A DNA stretch of 64,000 nt from Octopus vulgaris. Its lineage: Eukaryota. The stretch covers positions 99,324,001 through 99,388,000 of the forward strand of contig OX597822.1 in the NCBI GenBank assembly GCA_951406725.2, in the 5' to 3' direction. Shown in pieces: positions 12,109 to 26,588 of this stretch. Positions within the stretch are counted from its first letter, which is position 1. Each line of letters opens with the position of its first letter. The notes beneath the pieces were generated by a model. The model was not told the DNA's origin, did not search any database, and saw only the letters and a list, made by a program, of their open reading frames with translations. The position numbers and the translations under genes are program-made.

Positions 12109-12585
12109 TATTCGGTCATCCCATAAGGAATGCCTTTTTTTTTCAATTACATGAGCTAAAAGTCAAAAGGGGATTGGATAAACTACCTGCATCAACTTGC
12201 TATGAAAGCAGGGAGTAATTTTACCTTTTTCTTATTCTTAGTGCAAGTTTTGAAGAGTGCAGTTTGATTTTAACAGTTATTTTTTCAAACCAATAATGGA
12301 AGTGACAAAGGAGCACATTTGGCATATTTTGCTTTATGAGTTCAATAAAGGCAACAATGCAATGGAAATTGTGAGGAATATTAATGTAGTATATGGGGAT
12401 TGGACAATAAGCATAAGCCAGTGTCAACGGTGGTTCCAGAAATTCTGAGCTGGAAACTACAGCCTAGAAGACAAGCCTCGCCCTGGCAGATCTGTGGGGC
12501 TCAATGAGGACATTCTGCAAACCCTGGTGGAACAAAATCCCATTGTAACGTTGCGGAACTAGCAGAGAAGTTTGGATTTGCACAT
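12109..12585 (+). mobile_element. Mariner transposon 5' fragment (HTH region, pseudogenised)
   Basis: From the ATG at 12296: MEVTKEHIWHILLYEFNKGNNA...CQRWFQKF*AGNYSLEDKPRPGR, a typical mariner N-terminus with an in-frame stop. Confidence 0.85.
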
Positions 12586-12762
12586 GAATTTTAACAACAA
12601 AATTATATATGGACCCCCAAGGCCATAGAAACTCCACTTGAGAACCACCGAGATGGAGTTATGTATGTATGTAAGTGTGTGTGTACATATGTTCAACTTG
12701 CAAAGTGAACCTCTTAGATTACATGGCTTATTAAAATAAATACATGATTGGACCCTAACAAA

Positions 12763-12793
<31 letters not shown>

Positions 12794-12963
12794 TGACTAG
12801 GAGTGGCTGTGTGGTAAGTAGCTTGCTTACCAACCACATGGTTCCGGGTTCAGTCCCATTGTGTGGCACCTTGAGCAAGTGTCTTCTACTATAGCCTCGG
12901 GCCGATCAAAGCCTTCTGAGTGGATTTGGTAGACGGAAACTGAAAAGAAGGCCGTCGTATATA

Positions 12964-13049
<86 letters not shown>

Positions 13050-14570
13050 AGTTAGTGTGACTGTGTTTGTTCTCCCAACATTGCTTGACAACTGATGCTG
13101 GTGTGTTTATGTCCCCATAACTTAGCGGTTTGGTAAAAGAGACCGATAGAATAAATACTAGGCTTACAAAGAATAAGTCCTGGGGTCGATTTGCTCGACT
13201 AAATGTGGTGCTCCAGCATGGCCGCAGTCAAAATACTGAAGCAAGTAAAAAAGTAAAGAGTAAAAGAGTACTACTTTACACTTTCACAGAATAAGTTGGT
13301 TGGAGAAGGTAGGGATAAATATCCAGAGGCAAATGTCATTGGTTTCCCTTTCAGCTCCCTTTTAGTAAACAACATAGAAAAGGGTTAGGTTTAATGTGTT
13401 GTATAACACCACTACTATGCTTTGATGAAATATCTTCATTACTCATGGAAATTCATGCTCATATAATTAAAATTAAGTGCATCTTTATGGACAATGGAGT
13501 ACTAACTAAAAGGAAGAGAAGGATCAGTTAAACAGTAAACCTTGAACTATACAAGACTTGTACCTACATCAAAATCCTGAAGGTGGAAACTAAATTTAAG
13601 AATGCCAAAAATTTCTTATTTTACACCAGGAAAACTGAACTTCAAAAATTAACTTCAATTGAGAGTTACGCCCCTTGATTCATTGATCAGTAGCAGATAA
13701 GTCAGTTGATTTGTTTTATTTCTGTACAAGCGTCAATGATTTTCTAGTTCACACTGGGCATTATTAAATCTTAAATTCATTACAAGGGAGAAAACAAGAT
13801 CACTTGATGTTCATGCCTTTCTTAAATGTATTAGGAATGCAGGTGATAGTTAAATGATTACAATTTGAAATCGAAATCAGGTAGAGAGGGGAAAAAGAAA
13901 AGATATTTGGCTTTCTGTGAGATTATTTCTACTTATTGGCAGCCGGTTAGAGAAAATAAAATAAAGTTAAATCATTTTAGAGACGGAAAAAAAAAAAAAA
14001 AATGAAAAGGAAAAAAAATAGAAAAAGAAGAAAACTAGTTGCTGTAAAATTCACAAAGAAAAGAATAGAAAAATGGTAGGAATACTACTGCAAAAGAACC
14101 ATCGTTACATATTCAAATTATGATCCTTTCTACCCACTATGTAACGGAAAAAGACAAGTTTTCTTTCACATCTGAAATGACTGAAAGAAACTTCTATTAT
14201 ATAAAGGAAGAAAAAAACCTATTATAGGAAATCAATTGAAGCATATCTGTTGATTTTACATGAATTATTAGACATTCTGTTTGCTTGTCATTGGTTCAAC
14301 GAGAAAAGAAAACGGATGTTTTTTACATTAATTCTCTAAAGAAATGATCCAGATATTGTTTTGACAGTTGGATTACATGAGAAATTAGTTTTTTTCCCCT
14401 TTTTCTTCTTTTTTTGTTACATTATAGAAAATGGCTGTGTATTTCTTCTTCAGAACTTTTTTTTTTCTTTACCCAAAAGATATAATTATGGTACAGAGAA
14501 TCATTTATCATTGGAGATCTTTTACTTTTTATTTAAATCATTCTATTAGGTGAAAATTTACTTTGGTTAA

Positions 14571-14791
14571 CCCTTTCGTTATCGTATTTATTTTGAGATG
14601 CTGTGTGTTTCTTTCAATTATTTTAAATATAACAAAGAATTTAGTAAAATAACTTAGCTATCATTCAGCTAGTGTTAGGAATATAAATTGCAACTAATGT
14701 TTGGTGGTATATTTTGATGCAAAACTTATGAAAACAAGACATTTGAACTACAGAACCAGAGCCGGTTTTGGCCGGGTTAGTAACGAAAGGG
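14571..14791. mobile_element. piggyBac-type MITE (221 bp)
   Basis: TTAA|CCCTTTCGTTA...TAACGAAAGGG|TTAA, i.e. TIRs plus a TTAA TSD. Confidence 0.85.
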
Positions 14792-15222
14792 TTAATGCAC
14801 AAAATCATCATTTTGTAAGTAAATCTAGTTGAGTGAATTGCTGACAATATTACTGGTACATATTTTAGAATATTTTTAGGGAGTTCAAAAGTGAAGCCAA
14901 TACCAGTTAAAGCCCAAAACAGCAGGTCAAGAACTAATCTGGTCTAGCATTCTACTTTCCCATCACTTCCTATATCTCATACTAATTGATATTCCTATAT
15001 ATTTGTGTGTGTGTGAGAGAGAGAGAGAATGATTGTATGATTAAGAAAGCCACTTCCCAAGCATGAGGTTTTGGGTTCAGTCCTACTGCATCACCACATG
15101 ATACCTTAGGCAAGTACTTTTTTTTCTTATTATAGCATAACGCCAACCAAAGCCTTCAGGTAGACAGAAACTGAAAGAAGCCTGTGTTTTTATATTTGTG
15201 CATGTGTATATATATATATGTG

Positions 15223-15263
<41 letters not shown>

Positions 15264-18200
15264 AAATATGAATTAGAACCATGGTTTTTATACTATTTGT
15301 ATGTAGTCATGGAGTGGTGATTCAGTTTGCCTCCAGTTCAGTTCAGGTATGTGATGTTGATAAGCTACAAAAATGGCAAAACATTGATGCCCATCACGTC
15401 TGAGTGGGATTCGGGGTGAGTTGTCTTGCCGGTCTATGACACTCAGGTGTTTTAACATCCAGTGCTTTGATGGAGTCATCTCCACCACACCAAATTGCAG
15501 CCTACCAGAAAACAAGCAAGACACATACATTGAGTATGAGTGTGAGTGAGAATGCGAGAGAGAAAGAGTACACATGGACGTGTATATATGTATGTCAGTG
15601 TGCACTGTGTGTTTGTCTCTCCTTCATCTTCACATGTAATTAGCTGATTGTAAATAAAGGCTTTGCTGATAGTGTCATTAACTTTCACTTCTCTGCATAA
15701 ACATGTCGGAGTGGTTTGTTGTTTGATAGATGGGGTGATAATCACTTGACTTGGAAACAAGTGACAGTTGGTCACAGTAAGGATATCCAAGTGTAACAAA
15801 GTCTGACACAATATACTCGTCTGATCCATGCAAGCATGAAAAGGTGATGTTAAAATGATGATGATGATGATGATGACGAAGATGTTTTAGTCATTGGACC
15901 ATGACCATGCTGAGGTATGGCTTTCTAGGATGTAGTTGACTACATCAACCAAAGTACTATGGGATTTCAATTCAGGATATCGAACAATGCAACTAAGTAC
16001 CACAAGGTAATTTGATGATGCTTTATTGATACCTCCAGAAAATATGTTGGGTAATTCCATTTCAAACTATGAAGCATTTCAATTGAAATTCCTTTTATTT
16101 TTCAATTACAAACATTAAAAACAAAATGAATTTCTTCTGATTCTCATTTAAGCATCAGTGATATCATCTGCTAAATTTTAAAATATTTTTCAATTTTACC
16201 TTTACAGATATGAATTAAAAGTCAATAACTACAGCCCATAGTACAAAGCACAAAAACAACTCAAATGTCCATTTTGGGGGTCTCTGAAGCTAAACTATAT
16301 TCATCAAAATACATGAGAAAAATAAGTTAAGTATTTATATAGGCGCAGGAGTGGCTGTGTGGTAAGTAGCTTGCTTACCAACCACATGTTCCAGGTTCAT
16401 TCCCACTGTGTGGCACCATGAGCCTGTGTCTTCTACTATAGCCTCGGGTCGACAAAAGCCTTGTGAGTGAATTTGGTAGATGGAAACTGAAAGAAGCCCG
16501 TCGTATATATGTATGTGTATAAGTTAGTGTCTGTGTTTGTCCCCCCAACATCACTTGACAACCGATGCTGGTGTGTTTACATCCCTGTAACTTAGCGGTT
16601 CAGCAAAAGAGACTGATAGAATAAGTACTAGGCTTACAAAGAATAAGTCCTCTGGTCAATTTGGTTGATTAAAGGCGGTGCTCCACCATGGCTGCAGTCA
16701 AATGACTGAAACAAGTAAAAGAGTATATATGATTGTTAATGTTTTCAATTATAGTCAAGCAGTTCCTCTCAGAAGTGCATAAACTTTAAGACCATCTTTT
16801 GTTAAGTTGCTGAAGTAAGTTTAACACATTCAAGCATCTGCTGGGGAAAATAATGATTGGCTTTAAAAAATTTTTTTTCCTAATGTTCTCTTGGTATGAA
16901 CAGAAAACATAGAATTTCTAAGTGGGAATCACTACAATAACTTAGCTGTGAGTTTATTATTTTATGTAAAATACAGTTGGCATTAATCATCATCATCATT
17001 TAGCGTCCGTTTTCCATGCTAGCATGGGTTGGATGGTTCAACTGGGGTCTGTGAAGCCGGAAGGCCGCATCAGGCCCAGTCAGATCTGGCAGTGTTTCTA
17101 CGGCTGGATGCCCTTCCTAACGCCAACCACTCCGTGAGTGTAGTGGGTGCTTTTTACGTGCCACCCGCACAGGTGCCAGACGGAGCTGGCAAACGGCCAC
17201 GAACGGATGGCACGGGGGGCCAGGCGAGGCTGGCATTAATGTTATATAATTATCATCATCATGACTTTGGAAACATCTTTTCTATGCTCAGAATTGCTGA
17301 AGCATGGAATGAACTACCTGTGTCAGTTGTGACCTGTTAGAAGACTACATCCTTCAAAACTTCCGTGCTTCCAGAAATTTGCCAACAGAACACCTGATGT
17401 CCTCCTACCCACCTTTTTCTTCTTTCTTTCTTTTTTTTCCTTAAATGACTCAGTTCTTGTGCATTATTCTTTGTACTGTTCATGCACTTTTGGCTACTTT
17501 TTCCGGTGAGTTGTAGTGTATACAATTAGTTCATTATTATTATCACCATTAAGATAGCGAAATGGCAGAATCATTAGCATGCTGAGCAAAAGGCTTAGTG
17601 ACATTTCATCCATCCTTACGCTCTGAGTTCAAATTTCACTGAGGTTGACTTTCATCCTTTTGGGGTTCGATAAATTAAAAACCAGTGAAACACTGGGGTC
17701 AATGTAATTCATTATCCCCCCTCCCCCAAAATTTCAGGCGTTGTGCCTTTAATAGAAAGGATTATCATCATCATCATCATCATTGTTTTAACAAGCACTT
17801 TTTCATATTTGCATGGGTTAGACAGAATTCACTGAGGCAGATTTTCTACTGTTGGATGCCCTTCCTGTCACCAACATTCACCTGATTCCAAGCAAGATAT
17901 TATTTCTCTATGCTTGACATGTTTTAATTAAGTACGAAAAATGACTGACACTACTTGTATGACAGTGATACTTGCTTACAAATACCATACAATGTCAAGT
18001 CAAGTGGGGACATAAACACACATACACCGACACAATGTCTACCAAAGTCAGTCACCCTAGGCACCACACAGTGGGGCTGAATCAGAAACTATGTCAGTGG
18101 GTAATAAACTTCCTAACCACACAGCCATGCCACAACAAGCATTAAATTCACATGGAAGATATACCACAAGCTTTAGACCACATTTCTTTTGTATTGATAA

Positions 18201-19317
18201 ATATTACCTTATTAATCTTTCTTCTGTGTATCAGATCTCAGACAATCAATCTTTGCTAATCAAATTTCTTTTCAATTTCCCAATTAGTATTTTAAACACA
18301 CTGGCTTATTTATATTCATGAAATAATGAATTTTCAAGAGCTAGAAATATATACATTGAAATATTTACCTACAAGCAAGAGTGGCTGTGTGGTAAGTAGC
18401 CTGCTTCTCTACCATATGGTTCTGGGTTCAGTCCCACTGCATGGCACCTTGGGCAAGTGTCTTTTACTATAGCCTCAGGCCGACCAAAGCCTTGAGTGGA
18501 TTTGGCAGACAGAAATATATGTGTGTGTGTGTGTGTGTGTATATATATACACACACACACTGTGTGTGTTTGTCCTCGAACATCGCTTGACAACCGATGT
18601 TGGTGTGTTTATGTCCCCGTAACTTAGTGGTTCGGCAAAAGAGACCGATAAAATAGGTAATAGGCTTACAAAGAATAAGTCCTGGGGTTGATTTGCTTGA
18701 CCAGCATGGCCGCAGTCAAATGACTGAAACAAGTAAAAGAGTACAAAGACAAATATTTGCAGCATTATGTGAGTTTTATGGTTTTAATGCTTTATATTGA
18801 AGGGTTAGATGAGATTACTAATAACTATATGTACAGTGGAACATATCACAGATATATTAAGCTAGCTAATGATAAGGTACAAAACTAGAGTATGTGTTTC
18901 TGCTCAAAATGTAAAACAAAAGCATTTATTTTGTTAAACTAGATTAGAAGAAAAGGAGTGCATGACCAATGCTAAAAAGAAGTGTATGAACATGAAATCC
19001 TAGATTAAAAAGGAATATATAAGCACGAAGTACTATACTAAAAGGCAACAACATTAATAGGTCAGATAAATGACACTGTTTAAAATGAGGAGTGAATTAA
19101 TAAACAAAAAGGAGCTGTAATATGTGAAACAGAGAATGGTATTGGAAAAAAAAAAAGGACTACAAATTCAAATTTACTTTGCATTGTTACAATCAAGGAA
19201 ACTCGATGCAGTTAGTCATCCATATTAACGAGATGATGAAATGATGATGATGATGATGATGAAGCTGTAAGGTACTGGAGTTGTATAAGAGATGTGTATT
19301 AAGATATTGATACATAC

Positions 19318-19441
19318 CAATTCTTTTTTTTTTACACATAACATGAGTTCAATGAAAAGTTTTTCTGCTTGCATCTGGGTATATTGGAATGTCTTTTGAA
19401 TAGTTACAATGAGCTGGTCTCGAATTCCTTCGAGCATTATG
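19318..19441 (-). CDS. TRPM3: TRPM1/3-like channel, internal exon E
   Basis: 124 nt, bounded by cattAG and GTatgt, phase 2 to 0. Translates (G)[41 protein letters not shown], close to TRPM3 RDQLLVTIQKTF...CMKKKEL. Confidence 0.95.
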
Positions 19442-19969
19442 CTAATGTCAGCAATTAAAAAAGAAAGGAAAGAGACGATAAAAAAAGAGAGTTTAGCAAA
19501 ATGGTTTAGACATACACACATGTAAAGTAATGATAAACATTAATATAAAAACATTGCACTTGATAAAACAGAGAAAAGGAAATAACGAAACAAACGCATG
19601 CATGCACACGCATGCACATACATACATGTGCACACACACATGTACACATACACACACACACTACTTTTATTTGGAGGCATTTCTAAAGTATTCACTCCTT
19701 TTATTGGAACCTTGCTATTTGGAAAACGGTTCTATGTAAAACCGAATAAGGAGAATAAACAGTGTAGCATATTATAAACTGTTAAGAAGTTTAACCATTT
19801 TCTTCATTGAAAGAATGTGTTTATTGAACCAGTTGTTATATAAAGAAAGGCCAAAGTAAATAGAGAATAAAACAGTACTCTTGGTATCATAAATAGTTTA
19901 TCTGTAGAATTTGAGGTTTATTATATATTTTGGATTATGAGACTGGCATGCTGCCTACTGCAATATATA

Positions 19970-20819
19970 CAGGGTGCGGTGAATAAACTGTTGTCTAAAT
20001 TATGCAAAAATGAAAATAATGCCGACATCTCATTTTCACAGATATATTTACATAAAAATATCTTGAAATATTAAAGAGTAAATTTATTCAATAAAATCCC
20101 CATTTGGCTTCAACAATGGCCTCCAGACGACTTCATAATCTCCTGCAACTCTTCTGGATGGTCTCCTTGTTTAAGTTGGTTAATGCTGCCATAATCCTTG
20201 CCTTCAGTTCATATTTGGTGTTACAAAGAGTTTTGTTAGTCTCTCACTCAACTGTGCCACACACATAATAATCAAGGGGGTTGCAGTCTGAGGAGTTAGG
20301 TGGCCAGATGTTAGGGGTGATGTGGTCACAGAAATTGCTCGACAGTCATGAGTGGGTTCTCCTGCTTGTGTGGCATGGTGCAGAGTCCTGTTTTCCAGCA
20401 GCCACCCTCTTGACACAGGGCAGCACTACATCCTTCAGGCACTTGACGTAGGCCTCCATGTTGAGTGTGAGGCCATGTGGGAAAATGAATGGAAGGATAA
20501 CGTCGTCATCACTAGTGATCACTCCAAACACCACGATGCTGACTGGATGTTTGATTTTTATCACTCTCGGTACATGTCCTCAGATTGACATCCAAACACT
20601 CTGAAATATTTGTATTGGAGCTTCCGGCGTGAATGCCAAGTGGTACAGCATGTTGTTTTCAAATGTCTGGTGGAGTGAATTGTATCATGGTACTGTTTTT
20701 CTCACAGCTGGTGCTCAACTGACCCTACTATATTGTGTAATTAACAAAACCAAAAACAAACACTGCGCATGCGCAAAATTAGAAATATAAAATAGCAACA
20801 ATTTACCCATTGCACCCTG
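19970..20819 (-). mobile_element. Internally deleted Tc1/mariner-superfamily element (maT/DD37D-like)
   Basis: TA|CAGGGTGC...GCACCCTG|TA termini. Remnant QDSAPCHT...WPPNSSDCNPLDY catalytic region with ~37-residue D-D spacing. Confidence 0.85.
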
Positions 20820-21411
20820 TAAATATATATATGCACACATACATACATTTTTGGATTGATAGATGAAATAATCAAACTGAGAAATATAAGTGCTTTACAG
20901 TTATTAACCCTTTCAATAGAAACTTGCCTGAGGAAGTTCCTGGCTCTATGACACAAACTTCTTGTGTTAAAGTGATCTAAAATTTAAAAAACCACTAATA
21001 ATATTTCATATTAAGTTATGTCCCAAACACCAGCTTTCTAATGACAAAATATATTTTAATAGATCTTTCATTATTTTCATAATTAACTAAAACAAAGTCT
21101 GTGTATTTCAACAGAAATATAACAAATGGGCTAAAGAATTTTTGTAGGTGTATAAGCTAAATTTCTGTTAAGATTTATCTACTTAAAAATAACATAATAT
21201 AACGCATGGCTTTCTAGTTCTAAAGTTAACAGCAATGCCACCTGATATAATCAAAATTATATCCACTACAAATGAGGTTTTATACAAATAATTAACAGAT
21301 GGATCACTCTCAGTTTAAGATCATACGAAACTGTTTAAGTTGGCTGTAATCTATAAATAATGTACATTATTAGACACAATGTTTAATCAATCACTGCCCG
21401 CCTCCTATATA

Positions 21412-22183
21412 CAGGGTGCGATGGGTAAATTGTCGTCATTTTATATCTTTAATTTCACGCATGTGCATGGTTTATTTTTGATTTTCTTGATTACACAGTA
21501 TGGTAGGGTCAGTTGGGCACTGTCTGTGATAAAAACGGCACCATGACACAATTCACTCTGCCAGAAATTTGGAAATGACATGCTGCACTGCATGGCATTC
21601 ATACTGGAAGCTCCAATACAAACATTTCATAGTGTTTGGGTGTCAATCTGGGGAGAGTGCATGTAGAGAGATTGATAAAAATCAAACATCCAGTCGACAT
21701 CATGGTGTTTGAAGTGATCACTAGTGATGGCGATGGTATGCCACCATTCATCTTTTCACATGGCCTCACTCTCAACACGGAGGCCTACATCAAGTGCCTG
21801 GAAGAGGTAGTGCTGCCCTGGGTCAAGAGGGTGGTTGCTGGAAAACACTATATCTGGCAACAGGACTCTGCACCATGCCACACAAATATAGGAGAACCCA
21901 GTCATAGCTGTCACACAATTTCTGCGACCACATCACCCCTAACATCTGGCCACCTAACTCCCCAAACTACAACCCTCTTAATTATTATGTATGGGGCACA
22001 GTTGAGCACGAGACCAGGATCATAGCAGCATTGACCAACTTAAACAAGGAGATCGTCCAGAAGAGTTGCAAGAGATTCTGAAGTTGCCTGGAGACCATGG
22101 TTGAAGTCAATGACAGTTTTATTGAATAAAATTACTCTTTAGTATTTCAAGATATTAGACGACAATATATTCACTGCACCGTG
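21412..22183 (+). mobile_element. Second copy of the same maT/DD37D-like deletion derivative, inverted relative to the first
   Basis: TA|CAGGGTGCG...GCACCGTG|TA termini. ORF 21636-22025 includes MVFEVITSDG...YIWQQDSAPCHT. Confidence 0.85.
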
Positions 22184-22269
22184 TATATACAGACAAGTGT
22201 GCATATATGTCCTCAGTGCCACAGGATCTGCCTATTTTATATTGGTCTTGTCAACCACATTTTCTCCCA

Positions 22270-22475
22270 TGAGTTACAATGTGCCTTCAACGGCTTCATC
22301 GCCACCAGAAAGCAGGATTTTTATGCTACTGGCATAAATAAACTTGTTTCGCATTGGCAAAAGTGTGTTGATTCTGATGGTGTTTATTTCAATTAATAAA
22401 GTTTTGTTTGAGCCGATATATGTGCAACTGAATTCAAATGTTAAAAACCGCAAAAACTTTCTTCACAACCTAATA
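22270..22475 (+). mobile_element. Mariner 3' end fragment
   Basis: FYATGINKLVSHWQKCVDSDGVYFN* (mariner C-terminus), followed by a TIR-like CACAACCTAATA. Confidence 0.8.
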
Positions 22476-22775
22476 CATATGTGTGTGTGTGTGTTGTACC
22501 CCCCACTACCGTTTGACAACCAATGTTGGTGTGTTTATGCCCCCATAACTTAGCGGTTCACCTAAATAGACCGACAGAATAAGTACTAGGCTTACAAATA
22601 ATAAGTCTTGGGGTTGATTAGTTTGACTAAAAGCAGTACTCCAGCATGGCCGCAGTCAAATGACTGAAACAAATAAAAGAATAAAAGCACATATATGTAT
22701 GTGTGTGTGTATGTATGTATGTGTATATATATATATATATACATATATACACATACATATGTGTGTGTGTATGTA

Positions 22776-22825
<50 letters not shown>

Positions 22826-23116
22826 TATGTGTGGGTGTATATATATATGTATGTATATATATATAGTGCATTTGTTTTGTGCCTGTTTTACCATGAGTTA
22901 GATGCATACATATTACTGAAGTATTTTTGCAAACCCTTTTCTGTTTCTCAAGTAAAGGACCTTTTAAGAGGGAAACATCAACAACCATCACAGCCTCTAA
23001 GTGAGTTGAGTGCAGAATGTAAACATTCACACGTATATACATGCATATACAATTAATATCATAAAATATCAATATCACATATATAAAGAAATTCTTGATG
23101 AGACTTTGATATTTAC

Positions 23117-23300
23117 CCATCATCTGAGGTATATTTATGAGTAAATGCTAGCAAGTCAGCAGCACGTCCACTTCCATCACAAACTACAACTGGTATTGGA
23201 GGGGAATCTGTCACATATTCCAAAACAGAACGGATGGTATTGGCCCCACCTTCTAAAACCACACAGATTACGGGTACACCACGTCCTTTTACACCACTGT
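23117..23300 (-). CDS. TRPM3: TRPM1/3-like channel, internal exon D
   Basis: 184 nt, bounded by atttcAG and GTaaat, phase 1 to 2. Translates (N)[60 protein letters not shown](G), matching the TRPM motifs GVPV..EGG and [15 protein letters not shown]. Confidence 0.96.
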
Positions 23301-24622
23301 CTGAAATGATCAGAAATGGAAAAAATTTTAATGGTTAAATTCTCAAAGTTTCACAAATGAATTTTTAAAAAAATGGACATTTATATTTGTTAGATTCACA
23401 GACATGTTGTTATATCATTCAATGAATTAATTTACAAAATATGCTGGCCATTACTTTAAACAGTATTAAGTCATATAATCATATTGAATATTCCCAAAAG
23501 CTAGCCAAAGGATAAAAATTGAATTTCTTTTATAATCTAGCTTTTAGCTAAGAATTCTGCTTGTTATGAAATAGAAATAAGTAAAGCAAGATATTGCTGT
23601 AAAATGTACAAACAACTTCCATAAGGGCTACAAACAACTATTTGTTGGCAATGCACCAGCATGGCCACAACCAGCTAGCTTGAAGCAGTCTTGGTTTGAA
23701 ACAATATTCATGATTTCAATGCTTTTAATGTCAGTATAGCCATATTATACAGATGCACACACACATATACACATGATATGAGAGAGAAAGAGAGAGAGAG
23801 AAACTGATAGATAGATAGACAGATAGATAGATAGAAGTTTGGATGAATAAAAAGGAGAAATAATTATATAAGTATATTTTTAACTGAGATGCTCAGAATA
23901 ATAAATAAATCACTTTTATATGCTTAAAATCTCTTATAGTTCTTCTATGCAAGATTTTCTTGAAATTAAATAAATAACGTAGCAGATATATTTAGTGCCT
24001 TGAAGAATAGTGGTGATATATCAGAAACAGTGAGCAATTAATATACATATTTATATACGATCCATACACAGCTATACGTGTATTTACATTTACCTCACCT
24101 ACAGGCATGACTGTGTGGTAAGAAGCTTGCTACCCAACCACATGGTTCTGGGTTCAGTCCCACTGCATGGCACTTTAGGCAAGTGTCTTCTAATACACTC
24201 CAAAGCCTTGTGAGTGGATTTAGTAGACAGAAACTGAAAGAAGCCCATCATATATTTTATATATATATATATATCATCATCATCATTTAGCGTCCGGTTT
24301 CCATGCTAGCATGGGTTGGATGGTTCAACTGGGATCTGGGAAGCCAGAAGGCTGCATCAGGCCCATATATACATATATATATATGAATATATCTATGTGT
24401 GTATGTGGCTTTGTGTCTCTGTCCTCCCCATTACTGTTTGACAACCAGCGTTGGTGTGTTTACATCTACCATAACTTGGAGGTTTGGCAAACAAGACTGA
24501 CAGAATAAGTACTAGGTCTAAAAAAAAATAAGTCCTGGGGTTGATTTGTTTGACTAAAACCCAGCATGGTCACAGTCAAATGATTGAAACAAGTAAAAGA
24601 ACAATATATATATATGTATGTA

Positions 24623-24662
<40 letters not shown>

Positions 24663-26169
24663 GCTTATTTGTAACGAGGTACAGGCATAGCTATGTTAAG
24701 CAGTTTCCTTTAGAACCACATGATTAGAAGCTTGGTCCTACTGTGTTGATGCTGTTGGCTGGTCTACTGGACTATGCCCATTAGCCGACCAACAGTATGT
24801 GAGTAAAACTGGTGTATATTGACTGTGACAAACGAATCAAGACATGAGTGCTCAGGAATAATGTTAAATCAAAACCACCTTTGGTGGAAAAGTCTACACA
24901 AATTCAGTTAGTGTATAAGAAACAACCCAAATGTTAAATACATTCAATTCTTGAAAAACAAGACTGTGAAGGTATGGATTTAGGAATTCTACTGTTTCAA
25001 ACCAACAATAGAAAGCTAATAAAAAAAATTTTTTTAAATTCTAAAATGAGAAAGATTAAACTGGAACATAGTCATGTATTTAATGAAACATATTTCAATG
25101 TGTAATTGTGTGTACTTCTTGGATTTCTGTTTACTAATTCTATTTACTAAATATTGGTCAATCTGTGACTACAGTACAAGGCACCAGACAACAGAGTCCA
25201 CATAGTCATGCCTGCACTTCATTAAGATGAAAAATATTTTCATTAATTTATCTACCATTCGGTGGAGGGAAAGAAGTGAGATACTGAATGTAAAAGTAAA
25301 CTTCGTTATCTTGTGTCGGTACTGAGACACCTGTTCCATTTCTTAAATCAACCTATGACAGTCATATTTACAATAGTATTGTATTACCGATGAGAATGAA
25401 ACAGAGATAGTTATTTCATATTCCTTTCATCTTTTCAACAGCTAGATAACAATATTTTCTCAAATTAATGTTATTAATGTGCTATGAATACACAAAATGA
25501 AAACAAAAAAGCATTATTATGAACAAATTTTAATTAGAGAAAAATCACACACATGTGGCACTTGAATATGTGTAATGAACAGCTGTAATGAAGTGGCGCT
25601 TATCCATCTTTTTTTATTTATGTGTGTGTATGTGAGTGTGTGAAGGCGCATGGCTCAATGGTTAGAGCATTGGGCCCACAATCATGAGGTATACAGCCAT
25701 GTCTGAACCTGTATAAATACATATTTTAATACACTATTCTGCAAAACCACGTCTGGCCAAGGGGAAATATTACCTTGCTTGGAAACACAGGAAAAAATTT
25801 TTCTAAAGAAACTCTGTCCAACCCATACAAGCATGGAAAAGTGAATGCTTAAATGATGATATGTGTGTGGGTGTAAATACACACAGATTTTAGTTTGAAC
25901 ATTTCCTATGAAGACATTTTTCATATTTTATGTCAGAAGTACCTTACAGCTTGCATGGAACAATAAAGTTTCTAATCCAAAAATCAAAGTTTCTAGAAAT
26001 TCATGGCCTCATCTTCTGTCAGTGTGTGTGAAGCTGCCCCTTTAAGGTACCACCAAAACCAACATTAATCCCACTGTTTCTATCTGCTACTATAAAATGC
26101 CAGCTATACTCATCAGCACCAACAAATTTATTGAAAAGAAGGAAATGAATAGATTGAGATAACTTACAC

Positions 26170-26378
26170 TTTTACTTGTTTCAGTCATTTGACTGTGGCC
26201 ATGCTGGAGCACTGCATTTAGTCGAGCAAATCGACCCCAGGACTTATTCTTTGTAAGCCTAGTACTTTTTCTATCAATCTCTTTTACTGAACTGCTAAGT
26301 TACTGGGACACAAACATACCAGCATCGGTTGTCAAGTGATGTTGGGGGGACAAACGCAGACACATAAACATCCACACA

Positions 26379-26424
<46 letters not shown>

Positions 26425-26588
26425 CGACAGGCTTCTTTCAGTTTCCGTCTAGAAAATCCACTCACAAGGGTTTGGTCGGCCTGAGGCTACAATAGAAGAC
26501 ACTTGCCCAAGGTACCATGCAGTGGGACTGAACCTGGAACCATGTGGTTCGTAAGCAAGCTACTTACCACACAGCCACTCCTACGCCT
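26170..26588 (-). mobile_element. SINE family A, minus-strand full-length copy
   Basis: Reverse complement of the family A sequence from head to tail. Confidence 0.88.

Noticed and set aside
26070-26120. Minus-strand CUGAUGA...GAAAC hammerhead-like boxes
   Set aside because: Weak stem II, no NUH triplet in register and no stem I partner.
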